Positions 48,897 through 64,000 of a stretch of DNA of 64,000 nucleotides are shown in pieces. The position numbers were made by a program, and so were the translations under genes. The notes under the pieces are model-generated. The model saw only the letters and a list, made by a program, of their open reading frames with translations, was not told the DNA's origin and did no database searches. The stretch comes from Tubiluchus corallicola. Lineage: Eukaryota; Animalia; Priapulida. Each line of letters starts with the position of its first letter. Position 1 is the first letter of the stretch. The stretch is taken from positions 1-64,000 of the forward strand of contig JAQGDQ010000105.1 of the NCBI GenBank assembly GCA_030141605.1. Direction: 5' to 3'.

Positions 48897-51800
48897 AGTA
48901 CTAATACTGGAGCAGCTGACTGGATGACCACTTGGTCTTTCACTGCCTCTTCTTCACGATATTGTTTTTAAAATAACTGTTGCATGTTTTATAATGTGTG
49001 TCAAGACGAAATAAAAGATTATGATTATGGTTACGCAGACCTTTGGGTTCAGTTGGTGCTTTTTTGTTCGCCAGTCACTCTACTCTGATCGGCCTGGTCA
49101 GCGGTCAACCCCTGTCGCTTAATATTTTGCACTACTATGTTTGAAGGATAATATTAATGCAGTCCGCAGCACGTACACGACTATTTTATAGCCCAGAAAC
49201 AGTTTTTTTATTACTTTGGGCGTGGTAGCTACGCGTCTAATAATTTTATACCATACAACCGTATATAAGGGCAATTTACCTAAAATTTATTTTAGCACTT
49301 TGTCAATTGTAGTCTATAAACTTGGTTATACTAATATGGAGAATCAAAACGTACCTAGAGATCTATAAACTACAATCTTCCAGCGAATACGATATTTGTC
49401 ATTTCTGGAATTTTCTACGAGCGTTAACTTTAGCGGCATAGCGAGGTGTGATTGATGACGTCATTAATTTATTTGGATAATTATTACAATATTGATCAAT
49501 CATCATTGATGTCTTAACAGATACTCCAGGGAGAAATGATAGAAACAATAATTCGTTTGAAATTTTTATATATTTAATATTATAAAAGAACTGCTGTGCG
49601 TTTTGAGAAACTTTTCTCGGGTTCTAACTAAAGGACTTTTATATAATGCTTTTAATCACTTAGTGGCATGCTACTAGTGGGCTTAGTAGCCTATGATAAT
49701 GTAATTTAAAAAACAGTAATGTGATAATTGCTTCTTCCGCGACTTGCATGCGCGAACGATGCACTGCAGTTTTTTAAAACCGCATAATTAAGCAAGTGCG
49801 TGAAATAGTAATATAACAATTTCCATTTAAAACCACTACAATAAAATATAATTGTTGAATTATTTACCCTAGGATCTAGAATATATCCGTTATCCTTATG
49901 GTGCCACGGTTTTATAAACAACTTGCAATTTCGTTGAAATTATTGCTTTTATTGGTTAATGATAATAACTCAGGAATTTCGGCCACATAAATTATTTTCA
50001 CCTGTGGCCTTTCACCTGTGCAATAATAGATTATTCTTTGATAGTGGCACGAGAGCCCTCAATAACACGGTTTAATAAATACTTAATAGTCAAAGAGTTT
50101 AAGAGCACTGCGTTTCAGTCCAGTCGATGCAGAGCTAAATATATGGCTTTAAAACTAATTTAGAGTGACAGTTTAGCCCATTTTATTGACACAGACTTTC
50201 ATAATAAGATCTAAAACGTTTTAAGTAAATTACTTAACCAAAGGTCTAATTATAGTTAATTGATAAACAACCACCCACATGCTTACAACGCCATAAAAAA
50301 GTAATGTCTGAGACAAATTCAAGTTGTGTCATAAAACAGCCATAGCTCATATAACTCAATGATAAAACATAAATAAGATTTAGCAAATGTGTTGTTGTAA
50401 AATAATTGTCTGTTGAAGGTTGCAATGAAAGAAATATGCCATTTGTTGCATCGTAAATTGTGGTGAAACTACTCAAAAAATGACTTTTTCCAAGCCAGCC
50501 TGCAGATATGAATCTTCGCTGCGTTTATATACAAAATTATGAATTTACAATAACGATTTTCATGCATAATTAAAAAGTTGAATATATTAGACATCAGAAC
50601 GTCTGTCAAGACAGCATGTTTTGGTAGATTATTTTCTTGGTAGAATGCTAATCGAAATTTCGTTACTTAATAGACTGTGTAAAATATTACGCCGTGAAAT
50701 AGAAAAATAGTGAAAGTGAAATAAAAAAATAATCAGTGAAAAAATAGAAAAAATATTTATATAACCGAAACATTCTACACAAAATTGTTTTTATAGAGGG
50801 AGTAAGCGAGTTCACGCCTTGAAGGGATGATACAAAGACTGTTTTATATTAACAGTCCTTCAATAAGTACATCCTTCCAGAAGAAGTAGAAAAGAGTGAA
50901 TTTTATGGTGAACGCCCCAACCCTTAAAAACTGTTAAACAAACATATAAATACAATACAGGGGTCAGTTTTTAGGTATTGATATCTCAGAGATGACACCC
51001 AAGGCATTACTTGGCATTGATCATTTTGTATCTAGATTTCTTAACAACATAACTGAATGATAACATGAACTGAGCATTTAAAGAATATTAAGCCTATCTA
51101 CTAAGTTACCATCTACTGAAAACGGCAACAATTTTAATACATACATTCACGATTGATTGCGAGAGTATATAGGCTGATGTAACACGAGCATGCCCGCGCT
51201 CATATGTGAACAGACTCTCGCGTAAAAACATGAGATGAGGTTCTTGTGTTATTTTACTAATAACATTTTGTTTATTGTTTAGAAAGTTATCTTACATACT
51301 TATAAAATTATACGCATGATGTCGTTAAATGTAAACACAGTTTTTGGGTTGTTTTGAACGCATTTTTTAAAAAGTGAAATTTAGAAACTCTTCCTTTTAT
51401 TATTTATACAACTGAACTATACTGAGTCTCTAATATCCGCGAGAACCTGGTTTTAAAGTACATGAGCTGTTAAAAATCTATAAACGAAATGAGAGAAAAG
51501 AAATTGATACAATGTGGAGACATTTAGAACATACAACCAAGAAAATAACCCAAGATTAAGGGACATTATTAAAGCTGCTTATTGTACGTAGCATGTACTT
51601 CGGAGTAACATATATACATTATCATACAATTCTATAGCAACAGTTATTTTTCTCCTTTCTCACTTATACTGTACGGATAGTTTAACAGCAGCACTTAAAT
51701 TTTAATAAAGTATGATCAAATTTTCGAAGACCTCCTTTAATTTATACCAAAATACGTGAAACAATAAAATTGGTAATTTTAAATCGCAATTGTTAAATAG

Positions 51801-52322
51801 TTTTAAAGAAAAATAGAGCATAACGAGAATGTTTAAGGTCTACTTGTTTTGCTAATATCATAATGAATAAAATGTAAAAATCACTTTTCTGCATAAAGGT
51901 TATTTCAACGTACGTTATTAATTTTAATTTCACACTCACAAGCTTGTCAATTATTGGCTGCTTCCCTCGCTAATTGTTAACTTTGGTTTGACCCAGCGTG
52001 GTGAGACGTTGTGACAGTTTAACAAAAAAAATTATACGCTGAATGACATCGAGCACGACCCAACATTCCACGGAGTATTATCTCATTATTAGGTGAAGAG
52101 AAAGTTGGCTACAACATGATCAAGGTCGAATATTTCAACTACGACAAGATAATTTAAATAAGTTTTTCTTCCAAAAACTCCCTTGCCTTTGTCTACAATA
52201 AACAAAGAAGTTTCATTAATAGCTGTCCACTCTTTCAGTCTTGTATTTTTGCGTACGTCACGATTCACTCGTTGTACAGAATATAGATTTCTGTCAAGTA
52301 AGATTTTCGTGTGTGTGAATCT

Positions 52323-52630
52323 GTAAGTGCGTAAGCTAGCAAGCAAGTAAACAAGTAGCATATAGGATAGTAAGTGGATATATAGGTAGGTAGGTAGGCA
52401 TGTATGTAAGTAGGTAGTTAGGCAGACAAGCTTTAGGTGAATATAAGTAAACAACAGAGTCAGTGTCAAATTAAGTTAATAAGAAAGAAACTTCTATCCA
52501 CTCTGTAATGCTACCTAGCACTTAAAGGAACTGCTTACTTACCTTTCTAACCACCTGCTTACTTACACATCTATGTACCTACTTACATATCTACCTACCT
52601 AGCTACTTACTTACTTACTTACTTACTTAG
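52323..52630. repeat. Degenerate (GTAR)n tract facing a (YTAC)n tract, forming an inverted pair
   Basis: gtaa/gtag repeats at 52323-52450 and ctta/ccta repeats at 52531-52630. Confidence 0.65.
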
Positions 52631-55600
52631 CTCACTAAAAATGAGCTCACTGAAACTTCCTCCAAATTGCAGTTTTATTGAATATGAGTCTGAAAATTCC
52701 TGCCTTAGTTGCAAGTTAAATAATAAGCTTTAATAATTATAGATCCTGGCCAGAAAAATGACACGCACTGTTACACAGCTGCTAGTGCCAATAAAATTTC
52801 TTAGACCAGATTTCTGTTCTTACATTCCACGGCAAAACTTAAATGCCAACGAATGCCTAAGATGCCACACGTTCTAATAAGATTCGTCACCAGGTGTATA
52901 CGATGTTACAAGCATAAACTGTCCACAGCCAAATCTGAGTCAAGGCAGAGATATACAAGGTGACCACCATGTACAAAGGTGTTGCACGCTATTCAGGCGT
53001 AAGAATGGTAATGCGATTTGCACAACATGTTCATTATCATGGGTGTTAGCATTTAATTAAAAGCTATTAATGATCTGTTATGTTAATCTACTTTTCTTAT
53101 TTACATTAATCGCTGGTCTATAACGATATATACTAGTTACGATAATTATTCGTTTGCCGAAGTCAGATGCTCGTAACTAATTCCAGTGGTTTACAATTTC
53201 TAGGTCTGCAGCAATGTCTGCATATGCGTGTAGATTAAAAAAATAAACAATCGTTTCAGGGTTTTAGCCAATTCACCATGAATACCAACTCAACGCTTGT
53301 AAACATAGTTATAGTTTTTGTAATGTATATCGAAAACAGAACGTCAGACACATGTTAGCACCATAAACCAGAATATGTGACGAAGGCTAGATTATAATTT
53401 ATTTTACGAGAACTAATAGGAATTAGTATTATTAGGAGGTGACAGAGCAGAAAAAGTCCGTTAAATGATATGCAATACATTATCTAGTTTATGTCTGATT
53501 TTTGAACGTGCTAATATTTGTTGTAATTATTTTGTGCTTACCGCAGCTTCTCAAAGCCGACGGCTCAGTAAGACCAGAACGGTTCTAGCCGCCAAAACCA
53601 GGGGCTTAATATAGAACAGAAATTTTACTATTTTTATATAAAACAGTATGCTGTGGATGTTGTGCGACGGACCTGAAACTCATCTAGTCACCTGGTCCAG
53701 CTCCTCTTCATATAAATGTCAAGTTTGAAAAGAATAAATCCAATAGTGAAATGACGGTGCTTGTATTTGGTCTTCTTTGCGTTTATACTGAAAACTGGTG
53801 AATTTAACTGAATTAACTTGATAAACTGGTGCAAAATTAAGTTAACTTTTTTGAATTTGCAAATAAGAAAAATAAAGAAGTAAACAATGGGCTTAAACCA
53901 AGCGTTTTGCACCAAAGCCCCAGTTTCCAAGTTCAAACATTATAAAAGTTACAAAAGTAAAACTTGAACGTAAGTGTCAAAAATCAACATGCATTGTCGC
54001 GTAGAAAGAATTAAGATCCCCAAGCAATTGTCAGTGAAAATAGAAAAAATATAGAGTAGAATCAGTATTTAGTACGAAAGCGCAATACAATCTAATGGCA
54101 AAAGATTGGAAATAACCAGATTTTTTTATAATCGTATGGCAAAAAATTTGGTGATAACTTGATTTTATTGTAATGGGATATAATGACACTAATGCGCTTT
54201 CGTAATTTGGGAAAAACAAAAAACAAAAATTTTAACTTCGAAACGATATTGTTATGGCAATTAGAAAATGTTTATATATTGTCAACAATATATTTGTTCA
54301 GTGCAAATTACAAGGATAAGTAAAAATATTAAATGTGCCATCAGTTCAACTCAAGATATTATAGCAAATGGAAAGGCAATATTTGAGTTACACGCCAACA
54401 TTATACTTCATATTTTCTAAGGAAATAGTTATTCTACTTAATGAAAGCCTACATTCCAATAGTCCAACATTACAATACTTAAGAAAATATTACTACAGAC
54501 AATAATCTTTGGTGTAAAAAACTAATCAATGACACAGCAGTTAAGACCCTTCCGAAACTACGCGATTTCGTTGATTTATCAGAGATTATCACCGTATTAT
54601 GCCAAATAATCGGTGTGGTCTAGTAAACCGAATTATATGGATGACTTGATTAGAAAGTCAATGTCACGAGCAGCGAACAATGCAAAATCTCGTACGCAAT
54701 CATGCTAAATCAGCATACCTAATAGTGTTGAAAATAGTTAAAAACTAACGACTGAAAAGCACCTAAGTCGCAAATTTTTTTCAATAAAAATCAAAAATTT
54801 AATTTAAATTGTCGACAAATCGCGAGCATAAGTACTTATTCATTTTCGACACTGCGTGGCTATTTGGACTTTTGACAGCTACACAAATGGACAGAATAGT
54901 ATCGTTTCTCTTAAAAACATTTTTTATTTTTAACTTAAGAGAACAACAGTAGGTGTTTGCATACTCACAGAGTCTTGCGAGCCATTTATCTTTGCAATTA
55001 ACGAAAACAAAATCGTTTTGAAAAGATGGTAACGAGAGCTCCTACAGACAAATATATTGCTTTATATTTTTGTAGGCAAAATGAAAAGCACAGCTATAAA
55101 ATAAAACGACACAGTTGTAAGGAAACTTTGAAGTGGCGCTTGCTGAAGAGTCTTGGTTTATGACACTTTTACAATTGTAAATGTTGCGGGCACTTGCGAC
55201 TATTGAAAATAACGTAACTTCTTTCCAAATTTAATTGAAATAAAGTATACAGTTGCTACACACCAAGAGTCATTGAACGCTATAAAATATTCAACTCTTT
55301 CTGTCAGATATTATGACCGTTGTGAGTTTTCCTGACCGTCCAATAGGACAACCTGCCCATGGGTTATGTCGTAGTGCAAAAATTAGGTTGAAAGACTAAA
55401 CAGTAAGAATATCTCTGAAACGATATGCATTTGCAGTCTTTGGAAACAATTTTTCAAAGTTTACGCCACAGATATAAAAAATGAATGCATTGCTACTTTT
55501 GTGCAATACCATACTAATATTAAAAACCATTAAACTATTTGTAAAATATTTAAAGTTTTGTCAATTACAACATTGAAAATAAGCAGCTCGATTCTCAAAC

Positions 55601-56340
55601 TAACATATGTCATGAAAGTTATGCTTTGAAGAAATGTGTAATTGTCTTATGATTTATTTGTTTTATCTTTCGAACTTGACATCCCGTGAGCCCAAGTATT
55701 CAACATATCCAACACATGGTATTTTAATTTCTCAAATTTAATGACTCATAAAGGGAGATAACATGCACACCAAGATAAAACTTTATAGTTTTAAAATACT
55801 AACATGTTTCTGAAGTTCATGTTAAACGACGCAAAAAATTGTAATTATAAAGTATTGTCTATACTTTATAGGACGACAACTACATATTATATGATAGTAA
55901 TTAGGCCTAATCTAAAGTTCACGCTATTGTGTAAGACAAAGTGAATTAATAATAGCTATAAAACACTAATTGCCAAAGAATAGTAGTTCTTAACTGTATT
56001 CATACCTAGTCTATTATAATTTACTTATAGCTTTATATTGATGTTTCCAAGTGTGAAAGACTCACGACTTGTTATAATAACTAGATAATTAGAGTTTATT
56101 ACAAAAAGTAGCCTTATTATTACATGGGTAAAATTTACATAATTATACAGTTAGGCTATTCATTTCATGAGTGCATTACTTCGCTTGCTTACGACATTTC
56201 ACACGAGGAGTAGCTAGAACATTATTATCTGAATTGTTATTGTCAGAATCAAAATCAATACCATACTTATTGTCATTAATATTACGAATTGTTGTTAATT
56301 ACACAATTATTTTAAAATTAGCTCTACCACCACAACCACT

Positions 56341-56676
<336 letters not shown>

Positions 56677-59600
56677 TATTAACACCACCAACTGAAGTTA
56701 GTGATCCGAAGTCTTCATCAGTGATGTCTGTGCACAGTTTATAAATATTATGTGTTGTCTGTTTGTACGAATCCATGAGGGAATAATCTGTGTTCTCAGG
56801 AAAGCAGATAAAATACAAAACCAAGACATGGCAGTGCATCAGCATCTAAAACAAATTTGTGATATACGTTTTCGTTAGATGGATATCAAGCTTCTCAAAT
56901 GCCCTATTTTCCTTTGGTAGATGAATTTCTCAATGCGTTACCTTCAAAGAACAGTAAGTAAGATTCACATCTCAAGTAACTTCATGAAACAAGAATGTAT
57001 CTACTTGCTTATTATGTAAGCCCTACCTTAGCCAAAGGGTCCAATAAAAACGCACGAAGTAATTCCTTAAATACGGGAGAAAATTAGGTTCGAATACACT
57101 AAATCTTATCTGACATGCATCTGCAATGCGCAATATGTTCCTCCATCAAATACTATGATTTTGGCACAACATTAGAGACGAAAATCATAGAATACTGCCA
57201 CATAACACCATAGAGCTGTATTCACATCTATTTAGCCACGATAACGGCAACTGCTGTGGCAAACCTTCCGGGGTAAATAATGTGGCCGGATTACTGGTTC
57301 CAAATACAATATCAACGACTAATTCAATTATAAGATTATTGCCGGATAAGCCCTTCCGTTTTCATTCCCGTATGAATGTGAGCCCGTTTAAAGTATATTT
57401 TTGTAACAGTTGTTAGAGTACATTTTAGTGTTGCCAGCAGAGATTATCAGCCACTTAACAGGTAACTTTTACTTTCAGTTTCATGCAGGTTACTGTCACT
57501 GTTTACAGGTAATGCAACGCTGATTTTGCTCAGCCGTCTGCATGATCTAGCCGCTAGGCGCACATACCAAAACGCGGAATAAGTACGTCATAAATAGCTA
57601 GATTACCGTCAGTGGTATGTTAGAGCAAAAGTGCTCTCTTTAGTGTGCTTGCCTGTTGATTGGATTACACATTACGTAATACAGGTGTGCATCGTTACAC
57701 ATAATTACATTGATGTATTGATTATTTTCATTATCGCGTTTAATATCTTTAGAGCTTGTTTGATGAATTGTTGCTGTTGTGATTCTGCTTTCTTACAATC
57801 GTCGTGTGTGCATTTGGGATGCTGCTGCACGTTGCTAAGGTCATAAGTTGAGGTAAAATAGAAAAGGAAAAATGGCTTGGTTTAGCCTAAGATTAATTTT
57901 CGCAAAAACTAAATCCTAGCTTTGCTTGGTAATTAGATGAATGGAAACTGGTATTTCTGCCTTTTGTCATTTTTTTGTTCCAGATGAAATATACCTCATA
58001 TACTTTCAAAGGTCGGGCTTTTTTGTAAGCTACTTGCAAGTTTTTGGGAAATTATAGTCATATCTAGTCTTTAACATCAAGTTTCACATCATTTTTGTAA
58101 GGGCCCATTGCTGTTAAAAGCAATTTTGAGAAAGAAAGTAAGAGACCCTTGATTAAAATGACTTGTGAGAAATGTGAAGTAACATGTGAAGAGACTGAAT
58201 AAAAGTTAAGACATAATTATAAGCGCGTATTAAGTCAAGAAAAATGGGATGTCACTTATTCAGGTTTGATTGATTACTGACTGAAAGTTTAATAATGTCA
58301 TAAATCAAATTGGTACTGCTATGTGAAAACGAACACGCTGTAACACTCAACAAGACTTTACCGTTGGAAGCATTCGAAACGAAATTTTGCTGCTTAACAA
58401 AAACACAAATTGAATAAAAATGGCAGATACAAAAGGTTAGAAATGAATTTAGATGTTTGGTCTTTTCTAACAGAGACAATAACAAATAGTAGCAACGGTG
58501 CTTTTTTTAATGTTGTCAATATGAAAGCGCAAAACGGACAAATAATAAAAGGCATTTTAATTTATTACGTTTCTGTCAAAAAATTTTTGGGTTTCGATTT
58601 AATATGATAAGAATATTTCATACTAATAGTTGGAGACACAAAATGCGAAGACTATTGCTACATTCACAATGTGCATTGCGCATAGTTCAAGCGCCAATGC
58701 CACAAATAAATTTTTGCATGCTGCCTAAAACAATGTTTATTGCCAAGAACAGTAATTATTTTGGTTTTAAACTGTATAACCACCCAACGTGAAAAGTGAA
58801 AGCCTAATCACAAAAGTACGTTTGCTTATTGTCGCTCCAGTAACTTTGAACTTAATTACAGATTTCTTAACTAGACGGTTTGGTTCAACTTTCAAACTGC
58901 CGTGATATGGGTACCCGCATTTTTTGTTTATCTCTGTTTATTTTTTAGCGTATTAAAAGTGAAGATGATGGTTACTGAGAAGAATAAGTCACAATTTTTA
59001 GAACTTCGTTACTGTTTCTGTAGTCTGTACTACCTTTGAAAGAAACGCAGGGAAAGATGAACCGAAAACTCCAAAAGTTTATAAAGAGCGTAAACGATTC
59101 ACTAGCATTGTTTCGAAACATTTTTTTTCTTTCTGGGCTACAAGTACGGTATCCGAAAACTACCACGCAGAAGGGTTTATAGAGCTTAAATCGCAAATTT
59201 AATTAAAAAATCTTTTATTTCATGAGTGCTTAACACCGTATTACATACACAAACCCGCTCTACAGCGGTGTACACTGCGTTGTGCATTCTCTTTAAAACA
59301 TTTATGGATTTGGCTCAAATCGACTTTGCATGCTTTCACTTTTCGATAATTGTGAAACCTTTTGACCCGCCGTCTTAATTGCATGAGACGTTTATTGCCG
59401 CGTAAAGGGAGTGAAAGTGAGTGTTAGCAAAATTTATCGTTTTGTTCGAAAAATTCAAGCTGGCAGGGTATTGTAAAGAACATCGTAGTAAACTATATGA
59501 CGATCAGACAAACTCACGGCAGACGTAGAAACCCGTTTAAACATCTTTGATAGTTCAGTGTCGCTTTAACGGACGGATTAGTTTTGTTTAATCGGGGTCC

Positions 59601-62600
59601 GGTCCAACCACAAATCCCTATAATCGTCATCAAGTAGGCTTGCGGTAGAATAAAAACTATCGTACAAATGCCGTAGCCAAACTCTTAAACGAAAAATTAT
59701 ATATCTGTAGCATGTGATGTTTAAAATCTGCGCCAAGATTTGAAAAATTTGTCAAAAGTAAAAAAAAACAATGAGCTATAAAGGAATCAGTTCTCACAGA
59801 AGTAGAGCAAAATTAACTGTAACATCTACCTAGACAAGCAAAGATCTGACAAATTCAGCATACCCTGATTGATGCCACTGCGTTAGATTCAAGGTCTTAG
59901 TGTTTTTCACAAAGTTTGACACAACTGCCATATACCAAAATAAACAGCGGGTGAGTGAAAATCTACCTTAACACGTATCACTTTCAAAATGTAGCAGTAT
60001 GGAAAATTGTATCATTATTTGACGCTCTGCCTAGTTTACAGGATCACCATCCACCTGCTCAGCATTAATGAAAATCCAATTACGGCTCTAGAAAGTAAAG
60101 ATCTTCCTTGTTTGGACATTTATCACAGCATCCACCAATGAACTTGTGGCATTCGCATTGACATTTCTGGTGATTTCCATTACTCAACCAAGAAAATGTT
60201 TGAATTTCATTATCGCTCAGCTATGATAAATCATCAGTCTCCAAACTGGATTTTGATCAAGGCCATTGCGAAACACCTTGATTAATCGAAAAGGCGAACG
60301 CGCAGGCTTGACAGCATGATATTTCAGCGTTTCAACACTTTTTTACGTTTTGTTTGAATTATAGCGTCAAAGCGTGTATTCCTGCCGCGGCTATTCTGTC
60401 TTTAATTGGCTTTGAAGTAGAACGAGTGAAGATGTAAGCATGTAAGCAATCAATCTCTGGATGTAGATTTTCCTCAAGATACTTTCTCGTGTTTTTTAAT
60501 TTATCAAAACTATATATTTAAACTTGAGAACTTGAGAAGCGTTACAAAGTCCGTATGTCAGTCTTTTATACATATGAAATGCTTTCGGTTAATTACATAT
60601 GGATGGCAGTTCTATCTTTTCCAAGGCAAAAAGATAATATCGAAATTCTGCTCCAAATAAAATTCTTAACTGGGTTTTATTTAGTTTTTTTTTGTTTTGG
60701 GTTTTGGATGAAGTCAATCTGACGTTTCGACCTAGTGAAAACAGCAACTCATTGGTATGTACAACCTAGCAATTAATGTGAGTCCATTTTGGTAGGTCTT
60801 TACCACAGGTCGCAAGCTTGCAACAATACACTACAAGCTCTCACAACAAAAGCCTCGAATAAACGAACTTTCACTAGCAGTGCTACATCTTATTCACGAA
60901 CTTTGAAATTGGGTGTTATCATGTTGTAGTGAATTCTTTCGTATTATTTAATTGTAACTTCTGAACATGAGTACTATCTGAAGTGTACAGCTGTATTATC
61001 AGCTTATTTTTGTATTTTGTTAATGAGGAGTCAGCAAGATTATTCATTCTGATAATATAGGTGCCCTTAAACTATGAAAGTCGCCGGGTTTTTATGACGA
61101 TGAAAGATAAAAAATTATGTGCGAATTAGCGTGTGAGAATGATTTCTTTATATTTTGTTGGTGTATATCATTTTCTTTGTTTTTTTTAGTTTTTTGGCTA
61201 ATTTTGTCAGTGTTTGTTGCCACATTGACCGCTTATTTATTTCTACTGACATTTTTGTTTGACATTTTTGCCAGTTTTTCTTTGTAGTTTGTTGACTGGT
61301 CTAGGTTCAAATTGTACTCTGTAATTTTGTCTACTTGAAATAAGTTACTTAACATTGCTCATTTGTCAGTTAAGACTTACAAGTGAGTCGGCTCTGTCCA
61401 CTCTTTGTAATTTTCCTGCAGTCTTTTTAGTTTGCTTAACCGATGGGCCATTGTCTGTACTTTGTTTAGCCGATTGTAAAAATAACAGGAGTACCGTATC
61501 AGGGTTACAACTTTCCCACCAGGGGATTTAGACAAATTTTATGGCCCATTTGGTTTGTGTTCCAAAATTATTAGCTATGGGTGAAAGGTTGTCGAACAAA
61601 GGTCTAAGTGTCGGTTTTCCCACCCGAATCCGAGGATCGTAAATCGTTGAAGACATTTAGATATGAGAATCGCTTGCCTTCGTGCAAAAGCCAAAAGAAT
61701 TTCTTCGAAGGTAATCGTGAAAAGAAGAGTAGGCAGGTATTCTGTCCATTGACTAATAACTCGGAATGACTGTCATTATTTACCCGCAGTGACACGGTGC
61801 GACCTTGAGATAGAAAAGCTAGTTTTAACCACAGTTATAGTGACGTGGTCACAAGATGTAAGCAAGTTTCGGTACATTTCGAATTACAGTTCTCGCAGGC
61901 ATAAAGAATCAGGCACGATTTCCAGGGAAGTTAGAACTCGAGTTGCTACACACTTCCGACAAGCCGTCAGCTAATCGACCAAGGCAACTTGAATGTACAG
62001 ACGCGATTATGCTGAATGTATCGTACGTTTTCAAAACGACACGAAGTGCTTATTGAAACCTTTAACGCGTTATCAAGCCAAGCCTGTATTTTAGAGACTG
62101 TCTAAAAGTGCATTTAATTCCTTCAAATTTCGACTTTTAAAGCCCACGCCTATTCCATTCGGAGTTTGCTTTATTGCACCGTTAGTGTTGTTAACTTGGT
62201 CCTTGTACTTGGTTTGTCTTTTTGTCAATTAAACATGTCCTACTGGGTATAATGGTTGATGCTCAAGCATCTTGCTGGTTCGAAATTCTGTAAGCTATTT
62301 ACTCTTTTCGTTCAATAGTCAAACTAGACCTTCTTAACCATCGTCTAGTGTCAAATTACTGCTAAGTGGTGCTATAAAAAAGAGCTTAACTGCCTTTGAG
62401 CAAGTATCTCAAGTTTATGTTACACCTGTCTGTGTTTTTTACTTCTAAGTTATCAGTCCTTTGTTGGCTTTTATTGTTCCAAAAATGACAAGCCGTTGCT
62501 TAAACTGGCATTTGCTGTGTTTTAAACAGAAAAATCTTGTTGAATGATCGTGAGTCAGTTGTATTACTTACAAAACAGCGAAATTGTTTTTACTGCACTG

Positions 62601-62994
62601 AATTCAATGTTACCATCAAGCTTGTTCAAAATTTCCAATAAAATCTTAATATCGTCGTTAAGAGTCATTAAAATACGTTTAGACAGCCAGGCAGCTAAAT
62701 AGTTACGTAATTGTTATCTGCTTTTGTTTATCTCTATTTGGACTAACTGTGTTCACTATCTGTGCCAATGATTAATAAGCGACAATAAACTAGAAGATAG
62801 CTAGCTAGAAACCACTAATGTTTTATATCAACGATAGTTAGCAAGTTTTCAATTACTGTCTAGACAAGAGTCTGTAATTAGATTTTTTGCAACTAGATTG
62901 GAGTTCACACTTAATTTGGTTTGGTAAGCATAATATCAGCATGAATAGCAAGAAAAAATTAACAAAGAAATAAAAACAAGTAGAATTTAATACT

Positions 62995-63440
62995 TATTCG
63001 TTCACTAGTACGTCCTTCCTTCTTTTCTTTGCTCATTTCTTTATTTGGTCACTTGATCATTCACCTGTTTATTCTTTCATTCATTCTTTAGTTCATCTGT
63101 TTGATTTTTTATTCGTTCCCTCGTTTCGTTCGTTTGTTTTGTCAGTTATGTTTCGTTTGCTCTTTCGTTCCTCCATTCATCGTTCCGTTGTTGTAAACTA
63201 TTCTGACATTCACCCATCTACCTATTTATTTTTCATTTCTTATTTTCCTTAGTTTCAATTTTAGCCATACGTTCTCTATCAGCTCACTCAATAATTTTTC
63301 ATTCATTTGTTCATTCGTTTATTCATTCGTTTGTCGCTTGATGACTTCGTTCCTTCCATCTTTCCTTTTTCTTTTTTTCGTTCTCTAGCTCGTTCGTTCG
63401 TTCATCTATCCATTTATTCATTTATTCGTTCATTCATTCG
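62995..63440. repeat. Degenerate (TTCA/TTCG)n low-complexity tract
   Basis: Imperfect ttcg/ttca/ttcc tetramers; similar pyrimidine-rich tracts at about 39400-39620 and 61140-61480. Confidence 0.75.
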
Positions 63441-64000
63441 ACCTCAGAAACACCGCAATCGTTTTTCAGCCTTCGTTATTATTTACGTTGTAAATGATGC
63501 TGATATTCGGTTTTTCTTAAACAATCTTGACTGATGATATAGGTGAGAGACCACACCCAAACAGCTCCTGTGGATGCATGTTTCATGCAAACCCTCACAT
63601 CAACAACTTGGTCATTGGTTACAGGCATTGGCAAATTGGGATAAGGACGACTTGTTCATTTATAATTACTGGCCATTAATCAGTGAAGTTCTAGAACTGG
63701 CAACTGTTGCGCTAGTTACAGTTTCCTCTTCTCACCTTGACATTCTTCCCGCAATCCCTTCGGATGAGGTAAGATTTATAGTTTCATGGCTGCCGGGGAC
63801 GCCCTAGTTCTAAGACTAAATGTTACAGAAAGATAAATGTTACAGAATTTCTGGCTCAGAATATTGGCCATCGCGGGGAAAAATGAGGCAAAAGAAATTT
63901 GAGACAGTTTGCTATTAGGGAGGGAAAATTGATGATTCATGGTTATAATTAATTTTGGTATATATATCTTGCGACTTTTGTCTATAAAATGGTGTGTTGT

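Overview
AT-rich, intron-rich eukaryotic DNA, most likely from an invertebrate animal; nothing here is prokaryotic. Three spliced genes were reconstructed by hand from GT-AG sites and reading phase. (1) The 5' part of a secreted von Willebrand factor A (VWA/MIDAS) protein gene on the minus strand (ATG 3143), running off the left edge. (2, 3) Two tandem, intact 16-coding-exon paralogs on the plus strand encoding secreted animal heme peroxidases of the peroxidase-cyclooxygenase superfamily (6739-22944, about 699 aa; 28302-40186, about 696 aa), with identical intron positions and phases. Both keep the catalytic and heme-linking residues but share unusual changes: Gln at the MPO His250 position, a CPEC motif and extra Cys pairs. 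Peroxidase 1 has a duplicated 30-nt start-codon microexon and a NAGNAG acceptor. Introns and spacers hold several MITEs, LINE relics, a tandem Helentron-like element and compound microsatellites, including a cyclic pentanucleotide array enclosed by 33-bp inverted repeats. No convincing gene was found from about 40.3 kb to 64 kb. All calls come from manual reading; no database searches were run.
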